This document shows positions 19,530-30,332 of a stretch of DNA of 64,000 nt, piece after piece (positions within the stretch are counted from its first letter, which is position 1; the number at the start of each line of letters is the position of its first letter). Under the pieces are notes generated by a model, which ran no database searches, was not told the origin of the DNA, and was given only the letters and a program-made list of their open reading frames with translations. Made by a program: the position numbers and the translations under genes. Where the stretch lies: positions 1 to 64,000 of the forward strand of contig CAWHAA010000007.1 in the NCBI GenBank assembly GCA_963827275.1, given 5' to 3'. Source of the stretch: an uncultured Spirochaetota bacterium. Lineage in GTDB: Bacteria; Spirochaetota; UBA4802; UBA5550.

Positions 19530-21476
19530 CTACTTCGCCACCATGCCGAGGTAGTCGCCGGCGATGCTGGAGGCCTCCTTCAAAAAGAGGTCTTTCTCAA
19601 GGTCGATGAGCTTCTTCCCGTCTTCCTTGCTGAAGGTCTTTTCCAGCTCTTTCTGCTTCTGCTTTTCGATCGCGGACTCTTCCTTCAGGCTGATGGCCTT
19701 GCTGTTGATCTGCTCCCGGTATTTCCTTATCTTTTCAGAGAGCTTCCTGAATTCCTCGTTCCCGCCGACCCGCGCCGCCGACTGCGCGGCGAGCTTCGCC
19801 ACCATCCCCTGCGTGACCATCAGGAAATTTTTGTGCTCGGCGCCCTCTATTTTTTTCCATTTGAGCGGGTAGCGGTTCTTGTTTTCGCCGATGTCCCATA
19901 TCGAGGTGAGGTCGGGCACCTTTATGTCGGGCACGATGCCGGTGAGCTGGTTCGACGCGCCGTCCGGCTGGTAGAAGAGGGAGATGGTTATCTTGATGGC
20001 GCCCTTTTTCTGCGGCAGCTCGTTGTACGACTGCACGGTGCCCTTGCCGAAGGTGTTGTCGGGGCCGATGATCAGGCCCCGGTGGTAGTCCTTGATGGCG
20101 CCCGCGAGGATCTCCGCGGCGCTGGCGCTGAACTTGTCGACCAGCACCACGAGGGGGCCGGCGTACACGATGCTCTCGTCGTTGTCGAACACCACGTGGG
20201 GCTTGTTCCTGCCGTCCACGATCTGGAGCACGGGGCCGGACTCGATGAAGAACCCGGCGATGTCGATGGCCTCGTTGAGGAGCCCGCCGGGATTGCCGCG
20301 CAGGTCGAGCACGATCCCCTTTACGTTTTCGGCTTTCAGCTTTAATAAAATTTCCCGCACGTCGCCCGAAGAGCTCTTGCCCCGCTCCTTGTCATAGTAA
20401 AAAGAAGGGAGCTTGATGTATCCCGTCTTCCTGTTCTTGTCGTTGTTGATGTAGAATATCTCGGATTCAGCCGCGCTGTCCTTGAGGCTGATCTCCTCGC
20501 GCACGATGGGGACCATCAGCCTGATCGGCTTGCTGCTTTCGCCCGACTCCCGGAGTATGGTCAAGCGCACCTCGGTGCCCTTCTTTCCCCTGATCTGCTT
20601 TACCACGTCGCGCAGGTCCATGTCCACCACGTCCGTCGCTTCGCCGTCGCCCTGGGACACGGCGATGATCTTGTCGCCGGGCTTCAGCTTGATTTTTTCC
20701 GGGAGCTTGTCCGCCGCGCCGCCGGTGATGATCGACTCGACGATGACGAAGCCGTCATCAGACTTGAGGCGGACGCCGATGCCCTCGAGCTTCAGCTTCA
20801 TCGAGATGCTGAAGTCCTCGTTCTCCTCCTGGGTGAGGTAGTTCGAGTGGGGGTCGAGCGCCATGGAAAAGGCGTTCATGAACCGGTCGAGCAGCTTTTC
20901 GTCGTTGATCTCGTCGACCCGCCTGGTCACGAGGTCGTATTTCTTGAGGAGCTTCTTCTTGGCTTCGGCCACGCTCTGGTCCGATGACAGGTAGTTCAGG
21001 AGCTGGAGCTTCAGGTTCTTGCGCCACCGCTCGCGCATCTCCTGCTTCGTCTCGGCGTACTCCGTCTTGTCGCGGTCCACGATTATCTTCTCGTCAACCG
21101 AGAAGTCGAATTTCCCCTTCATGAGCTCGTTGATGAGCTGGTTGCTCTCCTTGAACCGCTTCTTGTACACGGAATATATATCGTCGATGAACTCGAAGCG
21201 GTTGTTGAGGATCGCGTCGTCAATGGTGGTGCGGTATTTCTTGAAGCCTTCGATGTCCTTTTTGTAGAAGTAATACTTGCCGTAATCAAGCGACATGATC
21301 AGGTTGTCGAGGATGCGCTCTGAAAGCTCGTCGTTCAGGGAGTGGTACTGGACATGCATCGCGAGGAAGTGGTTTACGAGCGACGGGATGTCGGTCTTCT
21401 TGAGGCCCTCTGAATTTTTGAAGCAGGATAATATTATCGCCAGGGTCAGTATCGGTATCAGGTTCTTTTTCGACAT
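19530..21476 (-). CDS. Carboxy-terminal processing protease (S41, Prc/Tsp-like), lipoprotein
   Basis: Motifs LDPHSNY, PDZ segment EGIGV, LDLRGNPGG, SASAAEI and TFGKGTVQ; lipobox IILSC. Confidence 0.93.
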   Translation of the reverse strand: MSKKNLIPILTLAIILSCFKNSEGLKKTDIPSLVNHFLAMHVQYHSLNDELSERILDNLIMSLDYGKYYFYKKDIEGFKKYRTTIDDAILNNRFEFIDDIYSVYKKRFKESNQLINELMKGKFDFSVDEKIIVDRDKTEYAETKQEMRERWRKNLKLQLLNYLSSDQSVAEAKKKLLKKYDLVTRRVDEINDEKLLDRFMNAFSMALDPHSNYLTQEENEDFSISMKLKLEGIGVRLKSDDGFVIVESIITGGAADKLPEKIKLKPGDKIIAVSQGDGEATDVVDMDLRDVVKQIRGKKGTEVRLTILRESGESSKPIRLMVPIVREEISLKDSAAESEIFYINNDKNRKTGYIKLPSFYYDKERGKSSSGDVREILLKLKAENVKGIVLDLRGNPGGLLNEAIDIAGFFIESGPVLQIVDGRNKPHVVFDNDESIVYAGPLVVLVDKFSASAAEILAGAIKDYHRGLIIGPDNTFGKGTVQSYNELPQKKGAIKITISLFYQPDGASNQLTGIVPDIKVPDLTSIWDIGENKNRYPLKWKKIEGAEHKNFLMVTQGMVAKLAAQSAARVGGNEEFRKLSEKIRKYREQINSKAISLKEESAIEKQKQKELEKTFSKEDGKKLIDLEKDLFLKEASSIAGDYLGMVAK

Positions 21477-21802
21477 GTGGTGCTTCTCCGGGGTTAGATT
21501 TAAGGTGTTTCACTATTCAATGCAGATAAATGAATTAGTCAATTATTATTTGGGATTGTTACAAGTTATGTCGGTGAAGATTTTTTGCGTGGGTTTTCGG
21601 GGCCATTCCGCTCGTCCGTCCCGCAAAAACATCGTGTTTACCCGGCGGGACCGGCAGGGTCCCTGCCGCCTGCCCGCCGGAAGGGCCCCGGAAACCATAG
21701 ATGAATATCCTGCCGTTTGAGTCTGGTTGTACTATTCTCGTGGGATGTTTTGTAATTGACACTTCCCTGAATCAGGTTCGTATGAATGTAAGGGGAGGGT
21801 CC

Positions 21803-22255
21803 ATGCGGCGATCATTGATACGCATAGCGGCAGCAGCGGCCGTGATGGCCATGACAGCGTGTTATTCCTACCGGGCGGTGCCGGTGGAGCGGAAATATGC
21901 CGCCGCGGGACCGGGCGCGGCGGCAGTCGGCCCGGAAGGCGCGCCCGTAATCAGGCTTTCGGCGCAGAAATATTTTACCCGGATGCGCTCGTTATCGCCG
22001 GTGGCGGTGATCAATAACCGCGCGGTCGAGCTGTCGGCGCAGGGCAGGTTCGGCGAGGCGGAGATCCTGTTCCGGGAGGTCGTTGCCGAGGACCCGCGCG
22101 AGCCCGCCGGGTACAACAACCTGGGAATACTCTGCGAGCTGTCCGGCAGACGCGACGAGGCATTCAGGATGTACGCGGCGGCCTGCCGGCTCCGGCCGGG
22201 CAACGCCGCGTTCAAGCGGAATTTTTCGAGTTTCGCCGACCGCGGGGGTGAGTGA
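21803..22255 (+). CDS. TPR-repeat lipoprotein
   Basis: Lipobox AMTAC; TPR-like segments NNRAVELSAQGRFGEAE and YNNLGILCELSGRRDEA. Confidence 0.75.
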   Translation: MRRSLIRIAAAAAVMAMTACYSYRAVPVERKYAAAGPGAAAVGPEGAPVIRLSAQKYFTRMRSLSPVAVINNRAVELSAQGRFGEAEILFREVVAEDPREPAGYNNLGILCELSGRRDEAFRMYAAACRLRPGNAAFKRNFSSFADRGGE

Positions 22256-22276
22256 ACGCGTCCCCGGGTCCCGCGG

Positions 22277-23509
22277 TCATTTTTTCTCGATGATCTCCAG
22301 GAGGCGGGCGGCCGATTTTTCCCAGGAAAACAGGGCGGACCGCGCCAGGCCCTTCCTGGCCATTGCGTCCCGGAGCTTTTTGTCGGACAGCACCCGTTCC
22401 ATGGACGAGGCCAGCGCCGTGACATCATGAGGGTCCACCAGGACACACGCGTCTCCCGCCACTTCGGGGATCGATGAGGACGTTGACGATATGACCGGAC
22501 AACCGCACTGCATCGCCTCCAGCACGGGCAGCCCGAAGCCTTCATAGAGAGTGGGAAATGCGAACACTTCCGCGCCGGCGTACAGCGGCGCGAGGTCTTC
22601 GGCCGGCACGTACCCGGTCACGATGATGCGGTCTTTCGCCGGGTGCCGTCCGATCATATCGAACAGCTCCGTATTTTTCCACCCGCTCATCCCCACCAGG
22701 ACAAGCCGGAACCTCTCGCGCCCCTTCATCGCGGCATACGCGTCGAGGAGGGCGGGGAGGTTTTTGCGCGGCTCGAGGGTGCAGACCGAAAGGATGTAGC
22801 GCCCGCTGATGGCGTATTTTTTTTTCACGCGCGCGGTCGATGCCCTGTCCGCCCTGTAGAATATCGCCCGGTCGGCGGCGTTGTGCAGGGTGATGATCTC
22901 GCTCCGTATGTTCAGCAGCCTGATCATGTCGTTCCTGGTGGAATCGGACACCGCAAGGAGGAGGTCGGCGCGTTTCATGCCGCGTGTAACGAGAAGGCCC
23001 CTGAGAACATTGCGCTTCTGCTGCGTCCGGGGATACAGCTTCCAGACCAGGTCATGGACGAGCCAGAGTTTTCTTGTCCTGGAGGGGAACAGGAGGGGAA
23101 AGAAATCGGCGAAGGTCCCGAAATAGGCATCGATCCCGTGCTTCCTGAACGACGAGGCCAACCAGAACGGAAAGCAGGCAGTGTTCAGCGCTTCAAGGAA
23201 CATCTTGGTCGCCCTCAGTACCATGATCACTGCCAGCCGCGCGGCCCGCGGATCCCTTGATTGCGCCGCGGTGAGCCGCACCCATGACTTCCGCACCGCC
23301 AGTTTGGCGCGCTTCAGCCGGGTCATGTAATCGACGTGGGTCCAGTTGCTTTCATACAGGTCGGCGTGGTTGAGGCCGTCCTTGGTGTAAACAAAATAGC
23401 GGTTTTTCCGGTCGATCTTCTGCAGCTCCTCGATGTATTTCAACGCCACGTTGCCGACGCCGGTGACCTTGTCGAGGGATAGTGCGAATGCTTCAAATGC
23501 GATGTTCAT
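22277..23509 (-). CDS. GT4 glycosyltransferase
   Basis: Motifs VHDL, TLEPRKN and YEGFGLPVLEAMQCG. Confidence 0.92.
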   Translation of the reverse strand: MNIAFEAFALSLDKVTGVGNVALKYIEELQKIDRKNRYFVYTKDGLNHADLYESNWTHVDYMTRLKRAKLAVRKSWVRLTAAQSRDPRAARLAVIMVLRATKMFLEALNTACFPFWLASSFRKHGIDAYFGTFADFFPLLFPSRTRKLWLVHDLVWKLYPRTQQKRNVLRGLLVTRGMKRADLLLAVSDSTRNDMIRLLNIRSEIITLHNAADRAIFYRADRASTARVKKKYAISGRYILSVCTLEPRKNLPALLDAYAAMKGRERFRLVLVGMSGWKNTELFDMIGRHPAKDRIIVTGYVPAEDLAPLYAGAEVFAFPTLYEGFGLPVLEAMQCGCPVISSTSSSIPEVAGDACVLVDPHDVTALASSMERVLSDKKLRDAMARKGLARSALFSWEKSAARLLEIIEKK

Positions 23510-23571
23510 ATGATTTCCGCGAATGTCATAATAATACCTTGCGTCATAATGATGTCGCAGGCCACTGCGCG

Positions 23572-25014
23572 TTACCGGCTGTCATTTTTAAGATTGAACA
23601 GGGTGCCGGTTATAAATTGTACTTCCTTGAGCGTATATCCCCTGAAGAGCAGGGTGGAAGCTATCATCGTCACCGTGCCGATGATCGCTTCCAGGATGAA
23701 ATTGATGTCCAGAAAATGGAGGACCAGTGCCGTTGGAATGATCGATACTGTCGCAAGAAGGTAGTATTTCAGGATTGTCCGCACCGGCACGATAGCCCTG
23801 TACACGTATATATATATCGGGATGCAGATGAAATCCGCGGTGACCGTGGCCATGGAGGATCCGTATATCCCGAACCTGGGAATGAGCAGCAGGTTCAGCA
23901 CAAAATTTGTCGTAAATAACACGATGATGATCTTCAGGAGTGTTTTTTCTTTATGCATGGAGAGCAGCCCGACGTTGAACGGGGTATTCAACCCGACGAG
24001 AAATATCGATCCCGTGAGAATACGGAATACCGTGATGCTTTGCCGGTACTGGGTCAGATCGTAGAAGATGTCCAGTATCGGTTCGGCGAGAAAGAATGAC
24101 ATGCATGCGGTAAAATAGCTGAAAAAGACGATAAACTTCAGGTAGTGATCGAAATAAAATTTGTATTTTTCGAGGTTTAATTTATAGTTTTCAAACAGGA
24201 TCGGTGTCATAAGATTCGGGAATATGGCGATAACGGAAATGATGATGAACATGACCCTGTAGGCGGCGCTGAATATGCCCACTTCGTAGTCTGTTTTCAT
24301 GAAATGCAGCAGGAACACATTGAAGTAGTGGTTCATGTTGACAATTACCTGGATAAAGCCGATGATGAAGCCGTCTCGCAGGAAATTTATCCATAATATC
24401 CTGTCGATGCTGAATTTCCACATGCCGTAGTATTTGATAAAGATGATATTGTGGAGGATGAAGATCAAGCTGTTTATCGCTGTCAGTACCAGTCCTATGG
24501 CAAGGAGGTCATTCGGGGAATTGACGAATACCCTCAGTAAAACATAGGTCAGGAGCTGTGTCCCGATCGATATGAGGGAGGGGAATTCGATCCGTTTTGT
24601 CGCTTCAAATACGCACTGGACGGAAAAGGGGAATGGCAGTATCGTGGCGGCAAAAACGACCAGAATAAGCCCAAAGCTGCGTAAATTCGGCACGAAAATC
24701 ATCGGGATGAGCATTATAACGAACGTGGCGAAGGTGAGGAGCAGTTTGAGCGTGATCAGCGATCCCAGGATCTTTTTCAAGTTTTCTTTTTCAACGGCCA
24801 TCATCCGTATGGCGACGATATCGGTACCGAGCGAAGTGAGAAAGATGAAATATGATGTATAGGTGAGGAGAAAATTGTACGTGCCAAAGCCTTCCGGCAA
24901 AAGCGCGCTGGACAGGTGGCGGACGATAAATATGGATATCAGTCCGGTGATTATTGTGGATAATATTTTAAATGTGAAGTTTTTCGCGAATCGCTGTAGT
25001 TCGTTTAACTGCAT
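23572..25014 (-). CDS. Wzx-type polysaccharide flippase
   Basis: Many TM helices; LLPEGFGTY, VGIFSAAYR, NLLLIPRFGIYG; AT-rich. Confidence 0.85.
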   Translation of the reverse strand: MQLNELQRFAKNFTFKILSTIITGLISIFIVRHLSSALLPEGFGTYNFLLTYTSYFIFLTSLGTDIVAIRMMAVEKENLKKILGSLITLKLLLTFATFVIMLIPMIFVPNLRSFGLILVVFAATILPFPFSVQCVFEATKRIEFPSLISIGTQLLTYVLLRVFVNSPNDLLAIGLVLTAINSLIFILHNIIFIKYYGMWKFSIDRILWINFLRDGFIIGFIQVIVNMNHYFNVFLLHFMKTDYEVGIFSAAYRVMFIIISVIAIFPNLMTPILFENYKLNLEKYKFYFDHYLKFIVFFSYFTACMSFFLAEPILDIFYDLTQYRQSITVFRILTGSIFLVGLNTPFNVGLLSMHKEKTLLKIIIVLFTTNFVLNLLLIPRFGIYGSSMATVTADFICIPIYIYVYRAIVPVRTILKYYLLATVSIIPTALVLHFLDINFILEAIIGTVTMIASTLLFRGYTLKEVQFITGTLFNLKNDSR

Positions 25015-25311
25015 AGATTTAGTGTTGTATGCCGGTTGAGAAAGGCCTTGACTGTCCCGCCAATTTTTGAGTAAAAAATTTGTCTATCTTTCGTTAATTG
25101 CTTGTCAAGCTTTTTTTCTGATGGTAGATGATCAGGTGGTCTGCTTCTCCGGTGGTGCCTGATATGAAACAATTATTGACAGAATTTATTGATGGCATCG
25201 ACTGTCGTTTAAAGATCGATGCGGCGGGACCGGCCTGCGTTCCCCGCATGAAAACGGCCGTACCGAACGCAAGCGCCAGCGTCGGGGCGCCCTGTTAATT
25301 AAAGGTGTAGT

Positions 25312-25878
25312 ATGAAACTCAATCTTGGATGCGGGAACAAGAAAATAGCCGGGTTCGTAAACATCGATATCGACGCATCGTGTCGCCCGGACATCCTCGG
25401 CAGTGTTGACAACCTCGATCCCTACTGCGAGGACCAATCGGTTGAAGAGATCGTTGCGTTTGACATCGTTGAGCATTTTGACAGGAACACGATAAAGGAC
25501 GTGCTGAACAACTGGCTCAGGAAGCTCGGGAAGGGAGGGCTGCTGGTCGTCCGGACGCCTGATTTCGACAGGATCGTTTCACTGTATTCCCGAAACGGCA
25601 GGCGGCAGGGGCTGCTGGGGCTGTTCGGGGAACGGTTCAGCTTCCCCCTTGAAAAAGCGGCCTGGCACATCTACGGTGAAACAGATGTTCCCGGTATGGC
25701 CCACAAGTGGATCTACAACAAGCCGATGATAGAGCGGTTATTGCTCGAGACGGGCTTTTCAAAAGTGGTATTCACCGAGGAGAAACATCTCGTGGAAGGG
25801 GTTTACAGGTATTCAGGGGATGAAGGGGATGTCGGGCTCCCCGACCATACAAATATCCATCTTGTGGCGATAAAGTGA
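25312..25878 (+). CDS. Class I SAM-dependent methyltransferase domain protein
   Basis: MKLNLGCG...NIDID; DIVEHF; LGKGGLLVVRTPD. Confidence 0.8.
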   Translation: MKLNLGCGNKKIAGFVNIDIDASCRPDILGSVDNLDPYCEDQSVEEIVAFDIVEHFDRNTIKDVLNNWLRKLGKGGLLVVRTPDFDRIVSLYSRNGRRQGLLGLFGERFSFPLEKAAWHIYGETDVPGMAHKWIYNKPMIERLLLETGFSKVVFTEEKHLVEGVYRYSGDEGDVGLPDHTNIHLVAIK

Positions 25879-25991
25879 GGCCAGCACTCCGTTTTTGCGC
25901 GCTTCCGGGCAGTATTCGAATAAAGTACTTGTCATGTATTTCAATAAAATTAGTGTAACCGGCATGGCATTAGTGTCTCATATTATAAAGG

Positions 25992-27005
25992 ATGATCAAT
26001 AGCGGCATGCTGACCGATTCGTATCTGCGCAAGCACGACTATCTGCGCGTTTCCATCACGGACCATTGCAACCTGCGCTGCGCCTATTGCATGCCCCCGG
26101 AGGGGGTGGCGCTCCTCTCCCACGACCAGGTGCTGCGCAACGAGGAGTTCATCCGTCTCATCGGCATCTTCGTCTCCCTCGGCGTGGTGAAGGTGCGCTT
26201 TACCGGCGGCGAGCCCCTGCTCCGGAGGGGGTTCGTGGATATCGCGGCAAAGACGCGGGAGATGTTCCCGGCGCTGGAGCTGTGCCTCACCACCAACGGC
26301 ACCCTGCTGGGCGATTTCATCGGCGATTTAAAAGACCATGGGGTGCGCAAGCTCAACATCAGCCTGGACACGCTGTCGCGGGACCGGTACCGGTCGATCA
26401 CGCGCAGGGACTGCTTTGAAGACGTCATCAGGAACATAGACAGCGCGCTTGCCGAGTCGTATTTCGATGTGAAGATCAACGCCGTCCTTTCCGGCGACAC
26501 CATCGCCGAGCTCGACGATTTTCTCGAGTATTTCAAGGAGCGGAACGTGACCCTGCGCTTCATCGAGCGGATGCCGTTTACCGCGGAGCCGCAGGGCGGG
26601 TCTTTCCTGCCGTCAGACCGCTTTATCGAGGAGCTCGCTGCGAGGGGAGACCTCGACCGCAACAGGGCCATCGACACCAGCGTTGCGTTGATGTATAATT
26701 TCAAGTACCGCGGCAGGTATCCGGTCAGGATCGGGGTGATTCCGCCCGTGTCGAAAAAGTTCTGCGGGTCCTGCAACCGTCTCCGCCTTACCTCCGACGG
26801 CAGTCTCAAGACCTGCCTCCATTCCGGGGCCGACCACGCATTAAAAGAGCTTCTCCGGAGCGGGGCGGATGACGCTGCCGTGGCGCGCGAAATCCTGGCG
26901 GCAGTGAAACAGAAGCATGAAGGGCACAGCCTCGATTGCGCCTCGGATGAAGGCGGCTGCGCGGCGCTGGTGAGCACCGGCTTTATGTCGAAGATCGGGG
27001 GATGA
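25992..27005 (+). CDS. moaA: GTP 3',8-cyclase MoaA
   Basis: YLRVSITDHCNLRCAYCMP, FTGGEP, FCGSCNRLRLT and C-terminal MSKIGG. Confidence 0.95.
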   Translation: MINSGMLTDSYLRKHDYLRVSITDHCNLRCAYCMPPEGVALLSHDQVLRNEEFIRLIGIFVSLGVVKVRFTGGEPLLRRGFVDIAAKTREMFPALELCLTTNGTLLGDFIGDLKDHGVRKLNISLDTLSRDRYRSITRRDCFEDVIRNIDSALAESYFDVKINAVLSGDTIAELDDFLEYFKERNVTLRFIERMPFTAEPQGGSFLPSDRFIEELAARGDLDRNRAIDTSVALMYNFKYRGRYPVRIGVIPPVSKKFCGSCNRLRLTSDGSLKTCLHSGADHALKELLRSGADDAAVAREILAAVKQKHEGHSLDCASDEGGCAALVSTGFMSKIGG

Positions 27006-27523
27006 GCCCCGGGGAGGATCCAGGGATGAGGAATGACCGTAACATGTCGCCCGGGCGCGCTGTCAAGGCCGCGCTCGCAATTATGACGGGTGCCATTATC
27101 TGCGCGGCGACGGCCGGCTGCGCAAAGAGCGCGCGCGAGGAGGTCCGGGAAGAGCGGCCCGCGCGGCTTTTCGTCACGTGGGAATTCTCCAGCGTTGACC
27201 AGGGGGGCGAGCCCTATACCGAGGCCGCGCTGGTTATCAACGGGAACCGCCTGCACCGTCACGTGATAGGAGTGTTTTACGGCAGGGTCAGGAAGATATT
27301 CAAGCCTGAAGAGTTCAACAGGCAGATGATCGGCGGGACGCTTTCCGGCTTCACCACGAGCAACGAGGGGCGCGGGCACGAGGTGGTCGTGCGGTATAAC
27401 GAGGCCGCGCAGCGGCTGGTCGTTGCGGAGCGGCAATGGAGCGAGCACCTGCCCGCGGCCCCCTTCGGCCCGATCAAGAGCATCCCGGTCCCCGATTTAA
27501 AAGATGAACAGACCGGATTTTGA
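27002..27523 (+). CDS. Hypothetical lipoprotein
   Basis: Overlaps the moaA stop; lipobox-like TAGC; start uncertain. Confidence 0.6.
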   Translation: MSPGEDPGMRNDRNMSPGRAVKAALAIMTGAIICAATAGCAKSAREEVREERPARLFVTWEFSSVDQGGEPYTEAALVINGNRLHRHVIGVFYGRVRKIFKPEEFNRQMIGGTLSGFTTSNEGRGHEVVVRYNEAAQRLVVAERQWSEHLPAAPFGPIKSIPVPDLKDEQTGF

Positions 27524-27643
27524 TCCGCCAGTGAAACAAATTACTTGACATCTTCTTTTATCGGTACGCTTCTTGATATTTCGTAATTTCCCGGCGCTTC
27601 GGGCCCGGGAATTATCCATGGGGAAAAAACCGGAACAACGAGC

Positions 27644-29260
27644 ATGCTTTTTAATTCATATCAATATTTCATATTTTTTGCCGTCGTCGTCGGCGCGTTC
27701 TACGCTTTGCCGCACCGGTTCCGGTGGATGCTGCTGCTCGCCGCAAGCTACTTCTATTACATGGTATGGGACCCGCGCTACGGCGTACTCATCCTGACGT
27801 CCACGGTGGTCGTGTACGCCACCGCCCTCCTGATGCATGAACGGCCCGCGCGCGTGAAGAAGCTCTGGGTGGCGCTGAGCGTTGTCGTAAACCTTGGTAT
27901 ACTCGCCGCGTTAAAATACTTCAATTTTATCAACAACAGCCTGAAAGACCTGTTCACCGCACTGGGCGCTGATTACACCGTGCCCGCCCTGAGCGTTATC
28001 ATGCCGGTGGGGATATCCTTTTACACCTTCATGGCCCTGAGCTATACCATTGACGTGTACCGGGGGACGCGCCGGCCCGAGCGGCATTTCGGGATTTTCG
28101 CCCTGTTCATCAGCTTTTTTCCCGTGCTCCTGTCGGGCCCTATCGAGCGCTCCACCACGCTGCTTCCGCAATTTTACAAAGAAGTTGAATATGATTACGA
28201 ACGCTTCACAAACGGGCTGAAGCTCATAGCCTGGGGCTTCTTCCAGAAGCTGGTGATCGCCGACCATATCAGCCTGTACGTGAGCCAGATACAGGCCGGG
28301 CCGGAAGCTTTTTCCGGCATGCCGATTTTATTCGCCATCTACCTCTTTCCCTTCCAGGTGTATTGCGATTTCGCCGGCTATACCGACATGGCTATCGGCG
28401 CGGCGCAGGTGCTGGGATACAAGCTGTCGCCGAACTTCCGGAGGCCTTTCTTCTCGAAGTCGCTTGCCGAGATGTGGCGGCGGTGGCACATGACCCTTAT
28501 CTCATGGTTCCGGGATTACGTGTATATCCCCATGGGGGGCAACCGGGTGCCGAAGTGGCGTCACTATATCAATATACTGGTGGTGTTCACCCTGAGCGGA
28601 CTCTGGCACGGGGCGCAATGGACCTTCGTGCTCTGGGGTTCCCTGAACGGCCTTATCATGGTGATGAGCGCCATCACCGTGAAGCCCCGCGCATGGATAC
28701 AGGATGCGTTCTTCGGCGGGCTCGCCCGGGTCCCCGCTGCCGTGTTCTTCATACTGGCGGCGGCCTGTGCCGCAGGCGTGTTCCTGCCGGGCCTGGCGGG
28801 AATAACGGTCGGGCAGGGAGTACGGGTCGCGGCGATTGCCGGCGGGACCGCGGCGCTCGTGCTGGGGAGCATAAGATTAAATGGGGATTTATATAGAAGA
28901 TTTTTGATTACCGCCAGGAACGCATGGATGATATTCGTTGCGTTCAGCCTTTTCGCGTACACCGGCGTCTTTTTCGGCGTCCGGAGCGTGAAGGACGGCT
29001 GGTATATGATCACCCATTGCCTGGGCGGCAACTTCCTGAAGATATTCCTGATCCAGGATCTGGTCCAGTTCTCCCTTATCATCCTGCTGATTATATTGCT
29101 TTTTGTCATTAATTATATCCAGGAGACCCGCGGCAGCATCAGGGAGCTCATCAAGCCCCTGCCGGCATGGGTGCGGTGGGCGCTGTATGTCTGCCTCTGC
29201 TCGGGCATACTGATGCTCGGGGTGCGCGGGTCCGGGCAGTTTATCTATTTCAGGTTTTAG
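27644..29260 (+). CDS. MBOAT O-acyltransferase (AlgI/DltB-like)
   Basis: Motifs MLFNS, PVGISFYTF, DFAGYTDMA, WRRWHMTL and SGLWHGA. Confidence 0.93.
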   Translation: MLFNSYQYFIFFAVVVGAFYALPHRFRWMLLLAASYFYYMVWDPRYGVLILTSTVVVYATALLMHERPARVKKLWVALSVVVNLGILAALKYFNFINNSLKDLFTALGADYTVPALSVIMPVGISFYTFMALSYTIDVYRGTRRPERHFGIFALFISFFPVLLSGPIERSTTLLPQFYKEVEYDYERFTNGLKLIAWGFFQKLVIADHISLYVSQIQAGPEAFSGMPILFAIYLFPFQVYCDFAGYTDMAIGAAQVLGYKLSPNFRRPFFSKSLAEMWRRWHMTLISWFRDYVYIPMGGNRVPKWRHYINILVVFTLSGLWHGAQWTFVLWGSLNGLIMVMSAITVKPRAWIQDAFFGGLARVPAAVFFILAAACAAGVFLPGLAGITVGQGVRVAAIAGGTAALVLGSIRLNGDLYRRFLITARNAWMIFVAFSLFAYTGVFFGVRSVKDGWYMITHCLGGNFLKIFLIQDLVQFSLIILLIILLFVINYIQETRGSIRELIKPLPAWVRWALYVCLCSGILMLGVRGSGQFIYFRF

Positions 29261-29269
29261 GGTGCGCGT

Positions 29270-30322
29270 GTGAAACGACTCATGGGAAAAATCATCCTGG
29301 TCGCGGTCCTGTCGGTCATACCGCTGCTGGCGTATAACCTCATCCTGGACCCCTTCTCGGTGCTCCGGAAGGACTTCGACTCCATGTGGATCTGCCCCAA
29401 TGAGCGGTTCGTCAAGACCGACTATATTCTCAGGAACCCGGCGAAATATGATTCCTTCGTCTTCGGCTCTTCACGGGTGAGCCAGATACCGATCGCGCCG
29501 CTGAACAGGGCGACCGGGGGAAAATTTTACAACATGGCCGTAGTCTCCGGCGTTGCGTCGGAAAACCTCAGGACCCTGAAGCTGTTTCTCGGGAGCGGGG
29601 TAAGGGTAAAGAACGTGCTCCTCGGCCTTGATTATTTTTCGTTCCAGATGCTGCCGCTTGAAAACCTCGTGCGCAATACAATGTACCCGGAGACCTTTAA
29701 AGAGAAGGTCAAATTCTATTACACCTACCTGACCCTCGCGCCGGATACCGGCATGCTCCATGAGATAAAATTTGACGGCACCGACGCCGCCTATGATCTG
29801 CTGGGCACCGGCGAATATGATTTTGTTAAAAAGGAAAAGAACCTTGCGCTCCACCCGGAAGAGCATGATCCGAAATTCAGGCTCCCCGTGTTCACGATCT
29901 GCAGGAACAGGCTTGACGAAACGATCGGTGAGATCAGGGAGATCGTCGACCTGTGCGAAAAGAACGATATCCGGCTGACCGTATTCCTGAACCCGGGCCA
30001 TGCATGGTCCTACCTGTGCGACGACATTGCCTTCATGAACACGGCGCGGGCGCGGCTCGCGGAGCTGACCGACTTCTGGGACTTCAGCAGGCCCGGCGCC
30101 ATAACCGAGAATAATTTCAGCTTTATAGATATCATACATTACCGGAAGAAGATCGGGGCCATGGTCGTGGAGCGGATGTTCGGCGGGAAGGGCGCCGCGC
30201 CCGCCGACTTCGGCGCCCTGGTAACCCGGGCCGGCGCCGCCGCGTACCTGGCTAAGGCCGAGCGGGACTACCACGCGGACAAAAAGCGCGTCAAGCCTGA
30301 TTGCTTGCCCTGCGTAAAATAA
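29270..30322 (+). CDS. MBOAT-associated periplasmic protein (SGNH/DltD-like)
   Basis: N-terminal TM helix, FGSSR motif, DIIH (DxxH) near the C-terminus; directly follows the MBOAT gene. Confidence 0.65.
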   Translation: MKRLMGKIILVAVLSVIPLLAYNLILDPFSVLRKDFDSMWICPNERFVKTDYILRNPAKYDSFVFGSSRVSQIPIAPLNRATGGKFYNMAVVSGVASENLRTLKLFLGSGVRVKNVLLGLDYFSFQMLPLENLVRNTMYPETFKEKVKFYYTYLTLAPDTGMLHEIKFDGTDAAYDLLGTGEYDFVKKEKNLALHPEEHDPKFRLPVFTICRNRLDETIGEIREIVDLCEKNDIRLTVFLNPGHAWSYLCDDIAFMNTARARLAELTDFWDFSRPGAITENNFSFIDIIHYRKKIGAMVVERMFGGKGAAPADFGALVTRAGAAAYLAKAERDYHADKKRVKPDCLPCVK

Positions 30323-30332
30323 CCCGGAATCA

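Noticed and set aside
19242..19609. Small ORFs 19242..19523, 19295..19507 and 19364..19609
   Set aside because: They span a hairpin element, a gene remnant and a palindrome, and show no protein-like features.
21652..21668. Palindrome CGGCAGGG-T-CCCTGCCG
   Set aside because: It is short, GC-rich and single-copy in the window, so chance is plausible.
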